The translations under genes and the position numbers were made by a program. From contig OX597825.1 of assembly GCA_951406725.2 (NCBI GenBank), positions 18,352,001 through 18,416,000 of the forward strand: a stretch of DNA of 64,000 nt. Reading direction: 5' to 3'. Under the pieces are notes generated by a model. The model did not search any database and had not been told where the DNA came from. It saw only the letters and a program-made list of their open reading frames with translations. The DNA is from Octopus vulgaris. Taxonomy: Eukaryota. Shown here one piece after another: positions 27,501 to 41,315 of the stretch. The first letter of the stretch is position 1; the number at the start of each line of letters is the position of its first letter.

Positions 27501-28074
27501 CTAGTATATGTTAAATTATGTAATGAAGATGTTGAAGCACAAAACAGATGGTATGCTCATGATGTGAACTCCGTTGGCCATAGCTTCGCCTGCTGTGAGA
27601 TAAATAGCTCGGTGCTAAACTTCGACGAGAGCATGTTGTATATTTTAGGGCAGAGGTGACTGCAGACGTCACCCAACACCGTTTCAGAGAAACACATATC
27701 AAGACATTTATTCAATGCAAACACTTAAGAAAAATCTGTTCTGTTGACAGATGCTTGCAGGGCTGAAGTATATCTGTATAATAATCATGAATTTGCTGCG
27801 AATATGTAGCGAAGAGATCCGGGTCGTTGAGAGATTTGTGGTTTGTTTTGTATGCATACGTCCGTAAACAGGATATACAAAGCGCTCCTTTCGGTCGGTG
27901 TTGCCCCAATCTTCCCCTGCGACATGTTGTGTGTGTTGCTTAATTTATTTAGTGAATGTGCTGAGTGGATGAAATTTCATATACGTACGAGTGTGAATAC
28001 GGTAGATAGGAGTGACTTATGTTTGTTAGAAGGATTCCAAGACTAATTAAAGAATTGCTTCAGAAAATAATTGA

Positions 28075-28209
<135 letters not shown>

Positions 28210-29199
28210 CACACACGATGCGGTGTGGTAAGAAGCTTGCTTTCTAACCACATGATTCCTGGTTCTGTTCCACTGCGCGGTACCTTGAGAAAATGCCTTC
28301 TAATATACCCTCGGACCAACCAAAACCTTGTGAGTGTATACAGGTATGTATGTATGTATTTATGTATGTATGTATGTATGTATGTATGTATGTATGTATG
28401 TATGTATGTATGTGTGTGTGTGTTTATGTGTGTGTGTATGTGTGTGTGTTGTGGATATAATTTTTATGTATGATAACTATACTTGGTCCCAATGTATTTA
28501 GTTGACGATTGATTCTTACAGACAACTTGACTGTTTGTTTTTCTCAACCTAACGAGGAGTGGAACCCGAGCTGGTAGCTGACAGCACCTAGTTACCGTTG
28601 GAGAGGGTGTCTTAGCATGTAGCATCCCAGATATGGGGCCTAAGGTCACGCAACGGGAAAATTGACATACGGTGTGGGCTTTATACCGTCCGCTCGGTCT
28701 AACCACGCTGGCTGGAGCCGCGAAGGGGAAGCCCACGGTGTCTAAACCAAAAAATATATAAGTAAATAAAACAGAAGAAAGCAGTCTTGAAAAAAATCCT
28801 AGCGTACACCATATGAAGTCTCTGGATCTGGTAACCTTCAATGTATTTGAAATTGTGGACTCTTACGTAAAGAGCATCAGCTCGATAATCTAATTGTGAT
28901 GTTATTTTACATGCGCACCTGGCAGCGTGATTGCAGAACCATTGGCATGCCGGACAAAATGCTTAGTTTCATTTCGTCCGTCTTTACGTTCTGGGTTCGA
29001 AATTCCGCCGCGGATGAATTTGCCTTTCAATTATTTTTATTTGTTTCGTGGTAGATAAAATAATACCTGGTGATTGATACAATCGATTTCTCCCTCCCCT
29101 CAAATACAGCTGACCTGAAACCATTTCCCACAAACATATATACATCAGCACGTATGTATGTATGTATCTATGTACGTATGTATGTATGTGTGCGTATGT

Positions 29200-29700
29200 C
29201 AGGTCACTTTCGAGTGCTACTGGTGACATGTAACCCAGTACTACCTGTTGCATGGTCGGGTCCTCGGCGACTAAACCGGCAACCCCACCAAGCTCGCTTA
29301 GTGAGAGGGGTGTTTATTGGTCACCCTGCGGGATGAAAAACAAAACCCGTCAAAGGGAGGATGAACTCTTGAGAGTCAACGGCCATCCAATAAATGTCTT
29401 AAAGCTGTATCATGTGCGGGGACATAGAAATAATCGGATTGAATACCCGATTGTGCAGTTAAACCATTGGGAGTGAAGGACTCCTAGCCTTTGTCAGGGC
29501 ATCCTTCTCGGAGAAGGCAACTCAGGTAACTGGGATAACTCCGACATAAAACCTGCGGCTCAGTGGTTACCGATGATGTTGACTTGTTCTTCTTTTCGGA
29601 TTATGGCTGCTGTTGCTTAGTGAGGGGGATTGACTCAGTGCACAGCCTTTCCTCACTTAAAAAAATATCATCTTGCACAGGCATTGCACGATAACAACAT
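29200..29700 (+). mobile_element. RTE-like LINE 5'-UTR-derived segment (non-coding)
   Basis: GC-richer structured island inserted in (TATG)n. Motifs 'ggcgactaaacc', 'gagagtcaacggccatcc' and 'gggcatccttctcggagaaggcaactc...aaacc' resemble RTE-clade 5' UTRs as recalled, not searched. Confidence 0.4.
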
Positions 29701-29858
29701 TGATTAAGCTTCGTGCAATGGCCATACTCGATAACGAGGGGGCAGCCACCATGTATGTGTGCACGTATTGCAGGTATGTGTATATGTTTGTGGACTCAAT
29801 GACGGACGGATGAATGAGTTGGTGGGTAGGTTGATATACGTACGGATGTATGTATGTA

Positions 29859-29889
<31 letters not shown>

Positions 29890-30667
29890 ATGTATGTATG
29901 TATAAAACAACGTTATATTAATTCACTTTATTTAACTTTCAAGAATTTGTATATCTGCAACCGAAGAACATATTTTCATGCTTATGTAGCTATAGTTTCT
30001 ATTGCTGGTTAACCTTTAGCCATTCCTGATTGAGCAGACCCATTAACCAAAGCATTAATTAATTAATTAATTAATATTTATTCAGGCATAGTATATCAAT
30101 GCACTATATATTCCAACGTGTCTGTTTTCTATTAAAGATATAAACAGTATAGTTTGAAAGAACACTGACTGCTATTTCTAACAGACCGAGCAACCATATA
30201 CAGACGTTCTCATTCCCTCCAGCACATTGCTTTTCTTTCTTTCTCTTTTTCTTTTTTTTTTTTACTTTTTCTCTATTTTTTTTTTTCCAAATGGGGTGGT
30301 GCGGTGGATTTATTTTAACCTAGTATTATATTAATTTACTGTTTTATGAACCCTGGAGGAAAGAAATTCATAGCCGAAACCAGAATATAATTATCTAATT
30401 CGTGCGCTTCAGGACATAACAATTCGTAAACCAATCGACGTCGAACATTAGGAAATACACAGAAGATAGTCGACGTAGGAGGATCTTTGTGGTCAGTCCA
30501 ATTTGCTAGAAATAACAGTCAATTTTCTTTAAATTACAAATGCCGCGTTACCGTCTTAGAGCAAGGTGTATCGAATTATGTGCAATTTCGTGTCTGTGTT
30601 CTTACAATTCGGGAAAAGACCGAACATACTCAGAAGCCAATGGGGTCGTTAGATTCTTTTATCGTAT

Positions 30668-30866
30668 ATTTTTACTTGCTTCAGTCATTGGACTGACCAA
30701 GCTGGGGTACCACCTTCAAGGACTGTTAAACAAATCATCTCCATACTTATTTTTTAAGTCTGGCTCTTCTATCGGCCTTTATTTCTGAACCTTTGTTGCT
30801 GAAATTCTGAATATATATATTCAGAAGTTAAACGCATATAGTAAATAACAAACGAACGGAAAAAAG

Positions 30867-30934
<68 letters not shown>

Positions 30935-31082
30935 ATAGGCTTCTACTCAGGTTCCGTCTACCAAATCCATTCAGGAAGTATTGACCAGGGCTTTCGTAGA
31001 ATACACTTTCCCAATGTGCTGTGCAGCGGGACAGAACCTGAAATCACGTATTTGCAAACCGAGATTCTTAACCACACAACAA
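30668..31082 (-). mobile_element. SINE family A, degraded
   Basis: Tail 'ttttacttgcttcagtcattggactg', middle 'ttccgtctaccaaatccattca' and head 'ttaaccacaca'. Confidence 0.75.
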
Positions 31083-31098
31083 TGCATGCGCTTTTGTG

Positions 31099-31150
<52 letters not shown>

Positions 31151-31864
31151 TAGTTAAATACAAAACCACATATCATTGTTGTTTTATAAGGGTGTAGATC
31201 GAAGCAGTATTTGATTGATAATTATGTGACCACCCATTGAATGATAAAAGTCTAAGTTTGATCTAGTGGAATTCGAACTCACAACATGACGGGATCTAGT
31301 GGCATTTTATCCCCCATGCTTTAAGGAATTCTACTTTGATAAACAGACAGCTTATCTGTGATCCTCAGTCGCAGTGTGCTCTCACATCTGGGAAGGTGCT
31401 GTTCCTACACATGTAAGCGTTTTAATCAACAGAGAGAAAGAGAGAGCAAGAGATAGAGACAGACAGACAGACAGACAGTGGAGAGAGTTTAAGACGTTTT
31501 TGGCACAGCGGTTTTGGCGCCGCTTAACCGACGCTGGTTTGTTTTAGTGTTTCTCGCGTGTCTCTCGCTCTTTCACTTCTTTTTTCTTTCTTTCTCTCTC
31601 TCTCTCTCTCTCTCTCTCCCTCTCCTTCTGCGTCTCTATGTGTACATTTCTGCGAACACACACTTGCGTGTGTGTGCGCGTGTGTGCGAGTTTGTGTGTA
31701 TGTGTGTGTGTATCTATGTACGTTTGCCTTTAGAGTCACAACATACTGTCACCAAAAGAGGTTTAATGTCCAGTCAGCGTCCAAACAGCCAGGTCCATCT
31801 CATTCCGCCTAAAAGAGGCTACTCGATCGACTGGCATGAAATCACTCAAAGTCCAGCAGAAGTT

Positions 31865-31916
<52 letters not shown>

Positions 31917-32669
31917 TCTCTCTCTTTCTTCTTTTAGTTTTTACTACAAATACATTGGCTTCTGTTTCTCGAAACCGTTTGATTACATCTTACCTGAACT
32001 TAAAATCTGCCATTCTTAAACATCTCTTGCTTCTTGTCTCACCACCCATAATGATCCCTACACCCCATCGATTAAGATATACTACGGTCAGTTCTTCTTT
32101 CTCTAAGTTCTTTCTCTAAGTTCTTCTTGGTTCTCTAGAATTCCTCTCTATATTTTCCCTTCGGCGTTCGACTCCCAAGGCATTAAATCAAATATTAAAA
32201 GTATTAAACTGCTAGAAATAGCAACCCAACCGCCTTCAAGTTACAATCTAACGATTAAGAAACGAACACATCGTATAATGTGATATGTATCCAAAGGTGG
32301 GGAGTTAACAGACTTGTTAAAGCTCCAGGGAAAATATTGAGTTGGATTTCGTCCTTCTTTACGTTCTGAGTTCAAATTCCGCGCAGGTCGAGTTTATGTT
32401 ACATACATTCGAAGTCTATAAAATAAGTACCTGTTGAGCATCGGGGTCGATGTAATCAACTCATCTTCTCCCCCGAAATTGCTGGCCTTGTTCCATCAGT
32501 GGAAATAATAATTTTATAGGGAGTGCTAACGATTCTGCCAGTTCAGCACTTTATTAATATTAATAATAATAATAATGATGATGATGATGATGATTTCTTT
32601 ATGAACTGTTAAGGGTTCACAAGAAAATCGAGTACGATAGAGGAGGATACAATAAAATATGATACTCGA

Positions 32670-32885
32670 AAGCACGTATAAAATACAAAATAAGATTGAA
32701 TAAGAAAACTCCCCAATATGGGAGAAAACTTCAAGAGTTGCTCATGGAAAGCCTCCAAAACTACGGGCATCTTGACCACCAGGGTTAGTGCTCTCTTCTC
32801 ATCTTCATCTTTTAATCTATTGGCGCATGCTGAATGCAAGGCCTCTCCTCTCGGACCATTTTCTTCATATTCATACACCATTCAA
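32670..32885 (-). mobile_element. Possible degenerate L1/Tx1-type LINE 3' end
   Basis: Unique-looking ~200-bp block between SINEs. Resemblance to a LINE 3' end is from recollection only, with no diagnostic motif. Confidence 0.2.
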
Positions 32886-33079
32886 AGATTACAGCGATCC
32901 TAGTTTTTGGCTGGAGCTGTAGTTTATCGATCCCGAAAGATCGAACGACTATGTTGAATCGTTGGTATTTGGGCTCACAATGTAAAGACCCTGAAGAGAC
33001 GCTCCGAAGCATCTTGTCCGACGTGCTAACGATGCTGTCAGTTCGGCACTTTAATGATTGTAGCAACCCTTGATGGAGT

Positions 33080-34490
33080 AGGCACAAGGCCTGGAAATTA
33101 GGTGGAGGCTGACTAGTTTATTACATCGACCCGAGTGCGTAACTGGTACTTAATTTATCGACACCGAAAGGATGAAGATTCTGCCTACTCACTGACTTAA
33201 CAACAAGAACAGCAACAACAACAACAACAACAACAATAATAATAATAATAATAATAATAATTATTATTATTATTATAATAATTAATTCGTTTATTGCCAC
33301 AAGGGCTTACATAAAATTACATTAAAACACATACAACATAAAATACAAAAACAGGACGATACAATGGGTTTTACAACGTGTAAAATAATAAAAACAACAA
33401 CAGCAATAATAATAATAATAATCCTTTCGACCTGAAATTTGGGGGAGGGGAAAGTCCATTACATGAATCCCAGTACGTAACTGGTATTTACTTTATCGAA
33501 CCCCAAAAAAGGGTGAAAGGCAAAGTGAACCTTGGTGGAATTTGAACTCAGAACGTGGAGACGGACGAAATGTTACTAGGCATTTTGTCTAGCGTGCTAA
33601 CGATTCTGCCAGCTTGCCGCCTCAATAACAACAACAACAATAATAATATTTCTACTGGAAGTACAATGCCTCAAATTTGGAGGAAGGGATTAAGTCGATT
33701 ACATCGACTCCAGTAAGCAACTGGTACTTATTTAATCGATCCCGAAAGGATGACAGGCAAAATCGACCTCGGCGGAATTTGAACTCAGAACGCAACGGCA
33801 GACAAAATACCGCTAAGCACACCGGGCAAAATTTGCCCGGCGTGCTAACGATTCAGCCAAATCGCCGCCTCACTAACAACGTCAACAAGAACAATAAAAT
33901 TGATGATAATAATCCTTTCTACTACAGGCACAGGCCTTGAATTTGGTGGGAGGGACCTAGTCGATTAGATTGACCCCAGAATGCAACTGGTATTTAACTT
34001 ATCGAACCCGAAACGATAAAAAGCAAAGTTAACCTCGGCGGAATTTGAACTCAGAACATAGCGGCAGACGAAATACCTATTTCTTTACTACCCACAAGAG
34101 GCTAAACACAGAGAGGACAAACAAGGACAGACAAACGGATTAAGTCGATTATATCGACCCCAGTGCGTAACTGGTACTTATTTAATCGACCCCGAAACGA
34201 TAACAGGCAAAGTCGACCTCGGCGGAAATTGAACTCCAAACGTAGCGGCAAACGAAATACAGCTAAGCATTTCTCCAGACGTGCTAACGTTTCTGCCAGC
34301 TCGCTGCCTTTAGTCAGAGTTTCAAATTTTTCACACAGGGCCAGCAGATTTTGAGAGTGAAGGAGGAAATCGATAAGAACAACCCCAGTAATTGACTGGT
34401 TCTTATTTTATCAACCCCGAAAGGACGAAAGCTAAGTCAGCCTCGGCGGAATTTGAATTCTGAATCTAAAGACGGACGTAATGCCGCGCC
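33080..34490 (-). mobile_element. Cluster of about six SINE family B copies, all on the minus strand
   Basis: Repeated family B core at ~33130, 33480, 33720, 33985, 34170 and 34395. Confidence 0.85.
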
Positions 34491-34807
34491 TCATATCTAA
34501 TTTAATTCAGAAATAAAACAAGAAATTAAACTTGAAAATAAAAAAAAATTTTTAAATAGAGATAAAAAGCACATTTTGTTTGTGTTTTAGGGCTGAAATC
34601 GATTTAGCTAAACCTCAGATCAATCTATTTATTATTATCTTTTCTTTGCTTTTCATCAATTACGCGGAACAGAATCGAAGTCTGCTTTGTTAATGACTTG
34701 AAATATAACGAAAAAGACAAACATTAAATTAGAAGTTTGTAATTAATTAAGTTCGTTCCCTAGAAAATTTGAACTGGTAATAAGTACATACACACACACA
34801 TATATTT

Positions 34808-35165
34808 TATCTTTTATTCGTTTTAGTTATCTGTCTGCGGCCATGCTGGGACACCGCCTTCAAGAATTTTTTGTCGAATGAAACAGCTTTTTAAGGCCTG
34901 GTACTCATACTATCGGTGTTTCTTTGTCGAACCGCTATGTTACGGAAATGTAAACACCAATAACAGTTGTCAGCGTGGTGGGAGAAAAAAAATGCGGCCA
35001 CACTCAGACACACAAAAACATACATTTTTTTCCGTTTCCATCTACCAAATCCTCTCACAACGCTTTTCTCGACCCGAGAGTAGAATAGAAGACATTTGCT
35101 CAAGGTGCCATGCAGTGGGACTGAACCAGAACCCATGTGGTTGGGAAGCAAGCTTCTTACCGCAC
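34808..35165 (-). mobile_element. SINE family A
   Basis: Colinear tail, middle and head modules. Confidence 0.8.
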
Positions 35166-35304
35166 AATAGTCATATGTACATTTGTCAACCTGGAATCTA
35201 TGTAAGTTACGTCAAGCTCGGTGGAATTTGAATTTAAAGCATAGCGATAGACAAATGTCAATATAATTATGGGGATAGACCAGCACGTTATCATTTCTGA
35301 TATA

Positions 35305-35690
35305 TTATTTTCTACTCTAGGCACAAGGCTCGAAATTTTTGGCGAGGGGCCAGTTGATTAGATCGACCACAGTAAGCAACTGGTACTTAATTTATCGACC
35401 TCGAAGGGATGAAAGGCAAAGTCGACCTTGGTGGAATTTGAACTCAGAACGTAATGACACACGAAATATCTATTTCTTTACTACCCACAAGGGGCTAAAC
35501 ACAGAGAGGACAAACAAGGATTAAGTCGATTATATCGACCCCAGTGCATAACTGGTACTTAATTTATCAACCCCGAAAGAATGAAAGGCAAAGTCGACCA
35601 CTGCTGAATTTGAGCTCAGAACATAACAAACGAAATGCTGCTAAACATTTCTCCCGGCGTGTTAACGTTTCTGCCAGCTCGCCGTATTCG
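35305..35690 (-). mobile_element. SINE family B dimer (tail-1 unit upstream of a tail-2 unit)
   Basis: Junction at 35463-35476. 11-bp TSD TTTCTGATATA (35294-35304 and 35691-35701). Confidence 0.85.
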
Positions 35691-35879
35691 TTTCTGATAT
35701 ACTAGTGTCCTAACAACAACTTGTTGGGTGAGTTTAATATGGTGCTTCTACATCGTTGCTGGACCTGCTACAACTCTCAGCTCTCATCCCATAGTAGTCA
35801 ATACCTCCTTCAAATTTCGCCCTCACTCCTTATTAAATATAACAATAGATTACTTAATGCAATGGAGATATAATGTTAC

Positions 35880-36851
35880 CTTTTATCTATTACTTGTTTC
35901 AGTTATTGGACGGTAGCCATGCTGGGGCACTGCTTCGGAGGCTTTTAGTTGAAAAAATCGACCGGCCTCAGCGTTTTACTTTTAAGTCTAGTAGTTATTT
36001 CATCGGTCCGTATTACCGGACTACTATCTAACAAGGACGTAAACAAAGCAGCACCGGTTGTTGGAGACAAACTAAAAGATGCACTTACGCACAAAAACAT
36101 ACACACATATATATTTATGATGGGCTTCAAGGCAGTTTCCATTTATTAAATTCACTCGCAAGTCATTAGTCGTCCCGGGTCTCTAATAGAAGACATTTGC
36201 TCAAGGTGCCGAGCATTGAGACTGAACCTAAGGCCACGTGGTTGGAATGCAAACTTCATAAACAAACATCCATACTTGCAACTATGTATAATTTATCTGG
36301 AAAATAGAAGGGATGGCCACGGCTGGAATCTTTTTATTGTGGGTCTGCTTCGTTAGGGATTGAGATGGGGTTAAACGTCAACAATAACGTGAACAAGCTG
36401 AGTACAAGACGTAAAAAGAACCATTATGATAATCAGTGAGATGCTGGTGTTGTGGTGTTCATCTTTATCTAGAAATTATAATTTGACTTTATTTTAAATC
36501 GTTTGCATTTTGTTTTGTTTTTTCTTTTCTTTTTTTGTCAGTTATTGGAGTACAGCCATGCTGGGGCACCTCCTTTAAATGTTTAGTCGAAGAATTCAAA
36601 CCCAGGAATAATTTTAAGTCTGGGATTTATACTCTCAGTTTCTTTTACGGAACCGCTATTTACGGGGACATCAACAAAACAACACCGGTTATGAAGTGGT
36701 GTTGAGGGAGAAAAACGTGTGTGTATGTATGTATGTATGTATGTACGTACATCTCAATTCGTCCTGTCGAAAGACCCTTGTCCTACGTCCTGGTTTTGTT
36801 TTGTTGTTTATTTGTTATACTTTATTTTTACCGTTATTGTTTTTACGTTTT

Positions 36852-36919
<68 letters not shown>

Positions 36920-37062
36920 GGGTTTCCACAGAGTTCCAGTCAGCCCAGGGTTATAGAGTTCCAGACAGCCCAGGGTTATAGAAGAAGATGCTGTCCCAAG
37001 GAACTGTCAAACGGAACTGAACCCGAAAACCACGTAGATTCAAAGCCATACTTTTACTACAT
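35880..37062 (-). mobile_element. Two degraded SINE family A copies (~35880-36270 and ~36535-37062)
   Basis: Both show the 'cagttattgga...gccatgctggggcac' tail and 'actgaacc' head remnants. The second contains a 25-bp tandem duplication at ~36930-36982. Confidence 0.75.
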
Positions 37063-37675
37063 TTTTACACATTAATCAGCAACACAAAACCATTAGCATT
37101 CACCTTACAAGTTTTGCAGGACTTCGTAGACATGCATGGAGGATGGAGTGAAGTATTTTTTCCCTTCGAGCCAAAGTCCTGCAGTAATTGCCATATAAAA
37201 AAGATCGAAAACCTCGAACCTCTTAAAAAAACCCTCTAACAGCACCCAAAGGTTGGGTTTAGCTGCAATGTGCAACTTCAATGCTAAATGCACCACACAC
37301 GTTGCTAGTTTGATTCCCACGGTTGCCATACATGCAACAGACATCTGTTATGCACATTTCCTGTTGTATATATCCATCGTAGCAGACAGACATGGCTTCT
37401 GTCATGAGCAATACGATATAGATTTTAGTCTAACTACTTGTTATTTATGGTGCTTTAGAAAATGACTAGATTATTATTATTATTATTATTATTAGTATCA
37501 TTGATATCCGTCATTATTGTTATTGTTGTTGTTGTTGATGTTGTTGATGTTGTTTTCGACAGAGTTGATGCTGTTGTCTGTAAATGTGAGATATGTTATG
37601 TGTTCGGTTGGATGGGACGCAAGGTCCATGGGCTGAACAACGGCGATGGCCATGTTTACGCTGCCTTGCCGTAAG

Positions 37676-37717
37676 TGCTGCTGCTGCTGCTAGTGATGAT
37701 GGTGGTGGTGGTGGTGG

Positions 37718-37751
<34 letters not shown>

Positions 37752-37831
37752 GGTGGTGGTGGTGGTGATGATGATGATGATGGTGGTGGTGGTTGTGGTG
37801 ATAATGATGATGATGATGATGGTGAGGATGA

Positions 37832-37863
<32 letters not shown>

Positions 37864-37866
37864 ATA

Positions 37867-37898
<32 letters not shown>

Positions 37899-37912
37899 GG
37901 TGATGATAATGT

Positions 37913-37944
<32 letters not shown>

Positions 37945-38174
37945 TGTGGTGGAGGTAGTGATAATGATGATGATGATGATGGTGGTGGTGCTGGTGGTGC
38001 TGGTGATGATGATGATGATGAAGATGATGATGACGATGATGACGATGGCTGTGGTGTTGGTGAATGGCAATGGTAGTCGGGCTCGGGGCGGTGGTAGCAA
38101 TGGTGGTTGCAAAAAAAAAAAAAGAAAAGAAATGTAATGCATATTAGTGAAGATAAGGCCGGCTGTGAGAGCCA

Positions 38175-38224
<50 letters not shown>

Positions 38225-39110
38225 ATTGTAGTCGAAGGGTGATATTACTTGTGGTGGTTGTGTGGGAGGAGTTGAGGGAGAAGGAGCAGGCATAGTAAAT
38301 GTCTGGGCTATTATATGTGTCTTAAGTGTGAATATTGATGAAGTTGGTGATAACCATAGCCGTGGTGGTGGCGACAGTGGTGGTGGTGGCGATAGTGGTG
38401 GTGCTGCTGGTGGTGGTTGTGCTGGTGGTGGTGGCGGCGATGGTAGTGCTGGTGGTGTCGTTTAAGCCGTTGAAAAGCAGCGGTGGTTGTAGTGGTGGTG
38501 ATGACCACACTAAATGTGTCGGGTTGGTTGATGTTTCTTGACCAGACAGGTATAATTGAGATGAAGATGATGATAATAATAATGATGATGATGGTGTTGT
38601 TGATAGTGAAGGTGGTAGTGGTTGTGGTGGTGATGGTGGTGGTGGTGGTGGTGGTATTGAATGTTATTGAGATGGTGGTGACAAATGGTGCTGGTGTTGA
38701 TGACAAAGATGCTGGTGATGGTTTGTGGGCCGAGCAACGGGGATGCTATTGATGTGATGATGACAGAGGCGGGACGGGTCAACGGTAGTGACAACTAATG
38801 GTGGTTTATGATGTGGCATTGGCAGTGGTGTTGACAGTAGTGGTGGTGATGGTGGTGGTGGTGGTGGTGGTGGTGGTGGTTGTGTGGTTGTGACAGCCGT
38901 GAAAGTGATGATGTAGTGAAGTTGGCAAGTGGAGGGTCAGCGATTAATGTGACAACGATGATGGTGGTGATGGTGATGATCATGATGATCATGAATATGA
39001 TGATAACGATGGCGGCGGCGGTGTGCTGCTGGTGGTGGTGGTTTTGGTGGTGTTGGTGGCGATCGTCTTCGCCATCGTCACCGTGGGGATGATGATGACG
39101 ATGATGATAT

Positions 39111-39141
<31 letters not shown>

Positions 39142-39143
39142 GG

Positions 39144-39188
<45 letters not shown>

Positions 39189-39492
39189 CGACGACGATGA
39201 TGTTGATGATGGAATTTTTATGGTGGTTGCGTTGACCTCAGAGAGAATGTGGTGATGTTAATGGCGATAATGATGATGATAGTGATGAAGTTTTTTATTT
39301 GATTCCACCTCCACCTCCCGTATCGCTGGGCGTATTTCTATTGCTTTTGAACATTTTGGTCATTTTTTCGTTCGTTACTAAACACGACAAAACTTAACCT
39401 CCGACCAACAACAAGTCATGGTGGTGGTGGTGGTGGTGGTGGTGGTGTTGGTGGTGGTGGTGGTGTTGGTGGTGGTGGTGGTGGTGGTGGTG
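37676..39492. repeat. Large degenerate trinucleotide block (GAT/GGT/GTA/GCA)n
   Basis: ~1.8 kb of GAT/GGT-dominated repeats. ORFs are homopolymeric in all frames. Confidence 0.9.
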
Positions 39493-39506
39493 TGGGTTGG
39501 TGGGGT

Positions 39507-39631
39507 ATTCCTATAGGCCGGGTGGATGATTGAATATCCTGGATGTTCATAACCACTAGATCCTGTAGGGCATTCCTATAGGCCGGGTGGATGATTGAAT
39601 ATCCTGGTTGTTCATAACCACTAGATCCTGT
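39507..39631. repeat. Tandem duplication, 60-bp unit, period 65
   Basis: attcctataggccgggtggatgattgaatatcctgg(a/t)tgttcataaccactagatcctgt at 39507-39566 and 39572-39631, one mismatch. Confidence 0.95.
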
Positions 39632-40141
39632 TAGAGTCAGGTCGTATTAACGAGGGTGGTTCTTGAAGCATAACTGGGATGGGCAGGCTTTACTCTAACT
39701 CATTCTCTCTCTCTTTATCATTTTCTCTCTGTCACAAGCACGCGTACTCGCGTGTACACACACACACACCTAACACATTCACACACTCACATGCACATAC
39801 GTATACACGAGCAAATACTGAAAACACACACACCGATACACACACACACATACATGCATACTTACGCATCAAAGAGCTAAAAAGAATCCTTACAGAAGTT
39901 AATTCGTCATTTTTTTTTGCAACTTTCTCCTCCCTATATCTCTCTCTCTCTCCTTCCCTTTCTCAAACTCTCGCTCAAACACAGTCACACAAACAAATAC
40001 ACACACATGGACACACATGCACACATAAACTAAGTGAGAAGCACAGACACACACACATATGCATACAGATCAAAGCACCTTAACCTTAAACGAAATAGAA
40101 AACGTTTACAAAACTGAGAAACAAGCACACGTACACACGCA

Positions 40142-40189
<48 letters not shown>

Positions 40190-40350
40190 AAGTATGCTCA
40201 CATACATAAACGCTTGCACACGGACAGTAACGCATTCACATTCGCCTACACAGGCACAGATTTAAACATGCCTAAACACACATACACACTATGAACCATA
40301 CTGAAGTACATTTATTAGACAAAGCCCTCAGGATGTTCAGTTCTGCTATA

Positions 40351-40400
<50 letters not shown>

Positions 40401-40689
40401 TCATTATATATATATATATATATATATATACATTATATATAAATATATGCATATATATGCATATATAAATATACATATATGCGTATACTTATACATACAT
40501 ATATATACATATATATATACATATATATATAGATATATATATACATATACATATATACATATACATATATATATATACATATGCATACATACACATATAT
40601 ACATGCATATACATAATTATAGATAGGTACATATAGATATATATATATAGTCATATATATATACATATACATAATTATTTTTCAATTAT

Positions 40690-41033
40690 TACTTTATAAG
40701 TTTCAATCATTTCACTACGGCCATGCTGGAGCAGCGCATTTATTCGAACAAATCGTCCCCAGGATTTTTCTTTGTAAACCTAGTACTTATTTCTATCGAT
40801 GAATTTTATCGATGACTTAAGCACACCAACATAGTTTCTCAAGCGACAAACCCAGACGAACAAATAGACACACACACACATATACGACGGGCTTCTTTCC
40901 GTCTACCAAATCCCCTCACAAGGCTTTAGAAGGCCCGTGACTATAGAAGAAGACACTTGCCCCAAGTTGCCACGCAGTGGGATTGAACCAAGAACCATGT
41001 GGTTGAGAAGGAATCTTCTCACCACACAGCCAC
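40690..41033 (-). mobile_element. SINE family A
   Basis: Tail 'ggccatgctggagcagcgc' and head 'gattgaaccaagaaccatgtggttg...accacacagccac'. Confidence 0.8.
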
Positions 41034-41059
41034 GTTGAGCCTTTATATATCTATATATG

Positions 41060-41186
<127 letters not shown>

Positions 41187-41315
41187 TTATATGCATATAT
41201 ATATATATACATATATATATACACATATATATACACATATATGTGTGTATATACACATACATATGGAAGTCACATGCGTGTGGAGCTTCTCTCAGCTGTT
41301 ACACGCGCATAACTA

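Noticed and set aside
37105-37465. Non-repetitive ORFs (79 aa minus, 70 aa plus) as a possible internal exon
   Set aside because: No recognisable domain and no convincing acceptor/donor pair in a consistent frame.
37593-39235. Gly/Asp-rich, Met/Val-rich and poly-His ORFs suggestive of structural or reflectin-like proteins
   Set aside because: Homopolymeric products of GAT/GGT repeats, with no reflectin motif or consistent frame.
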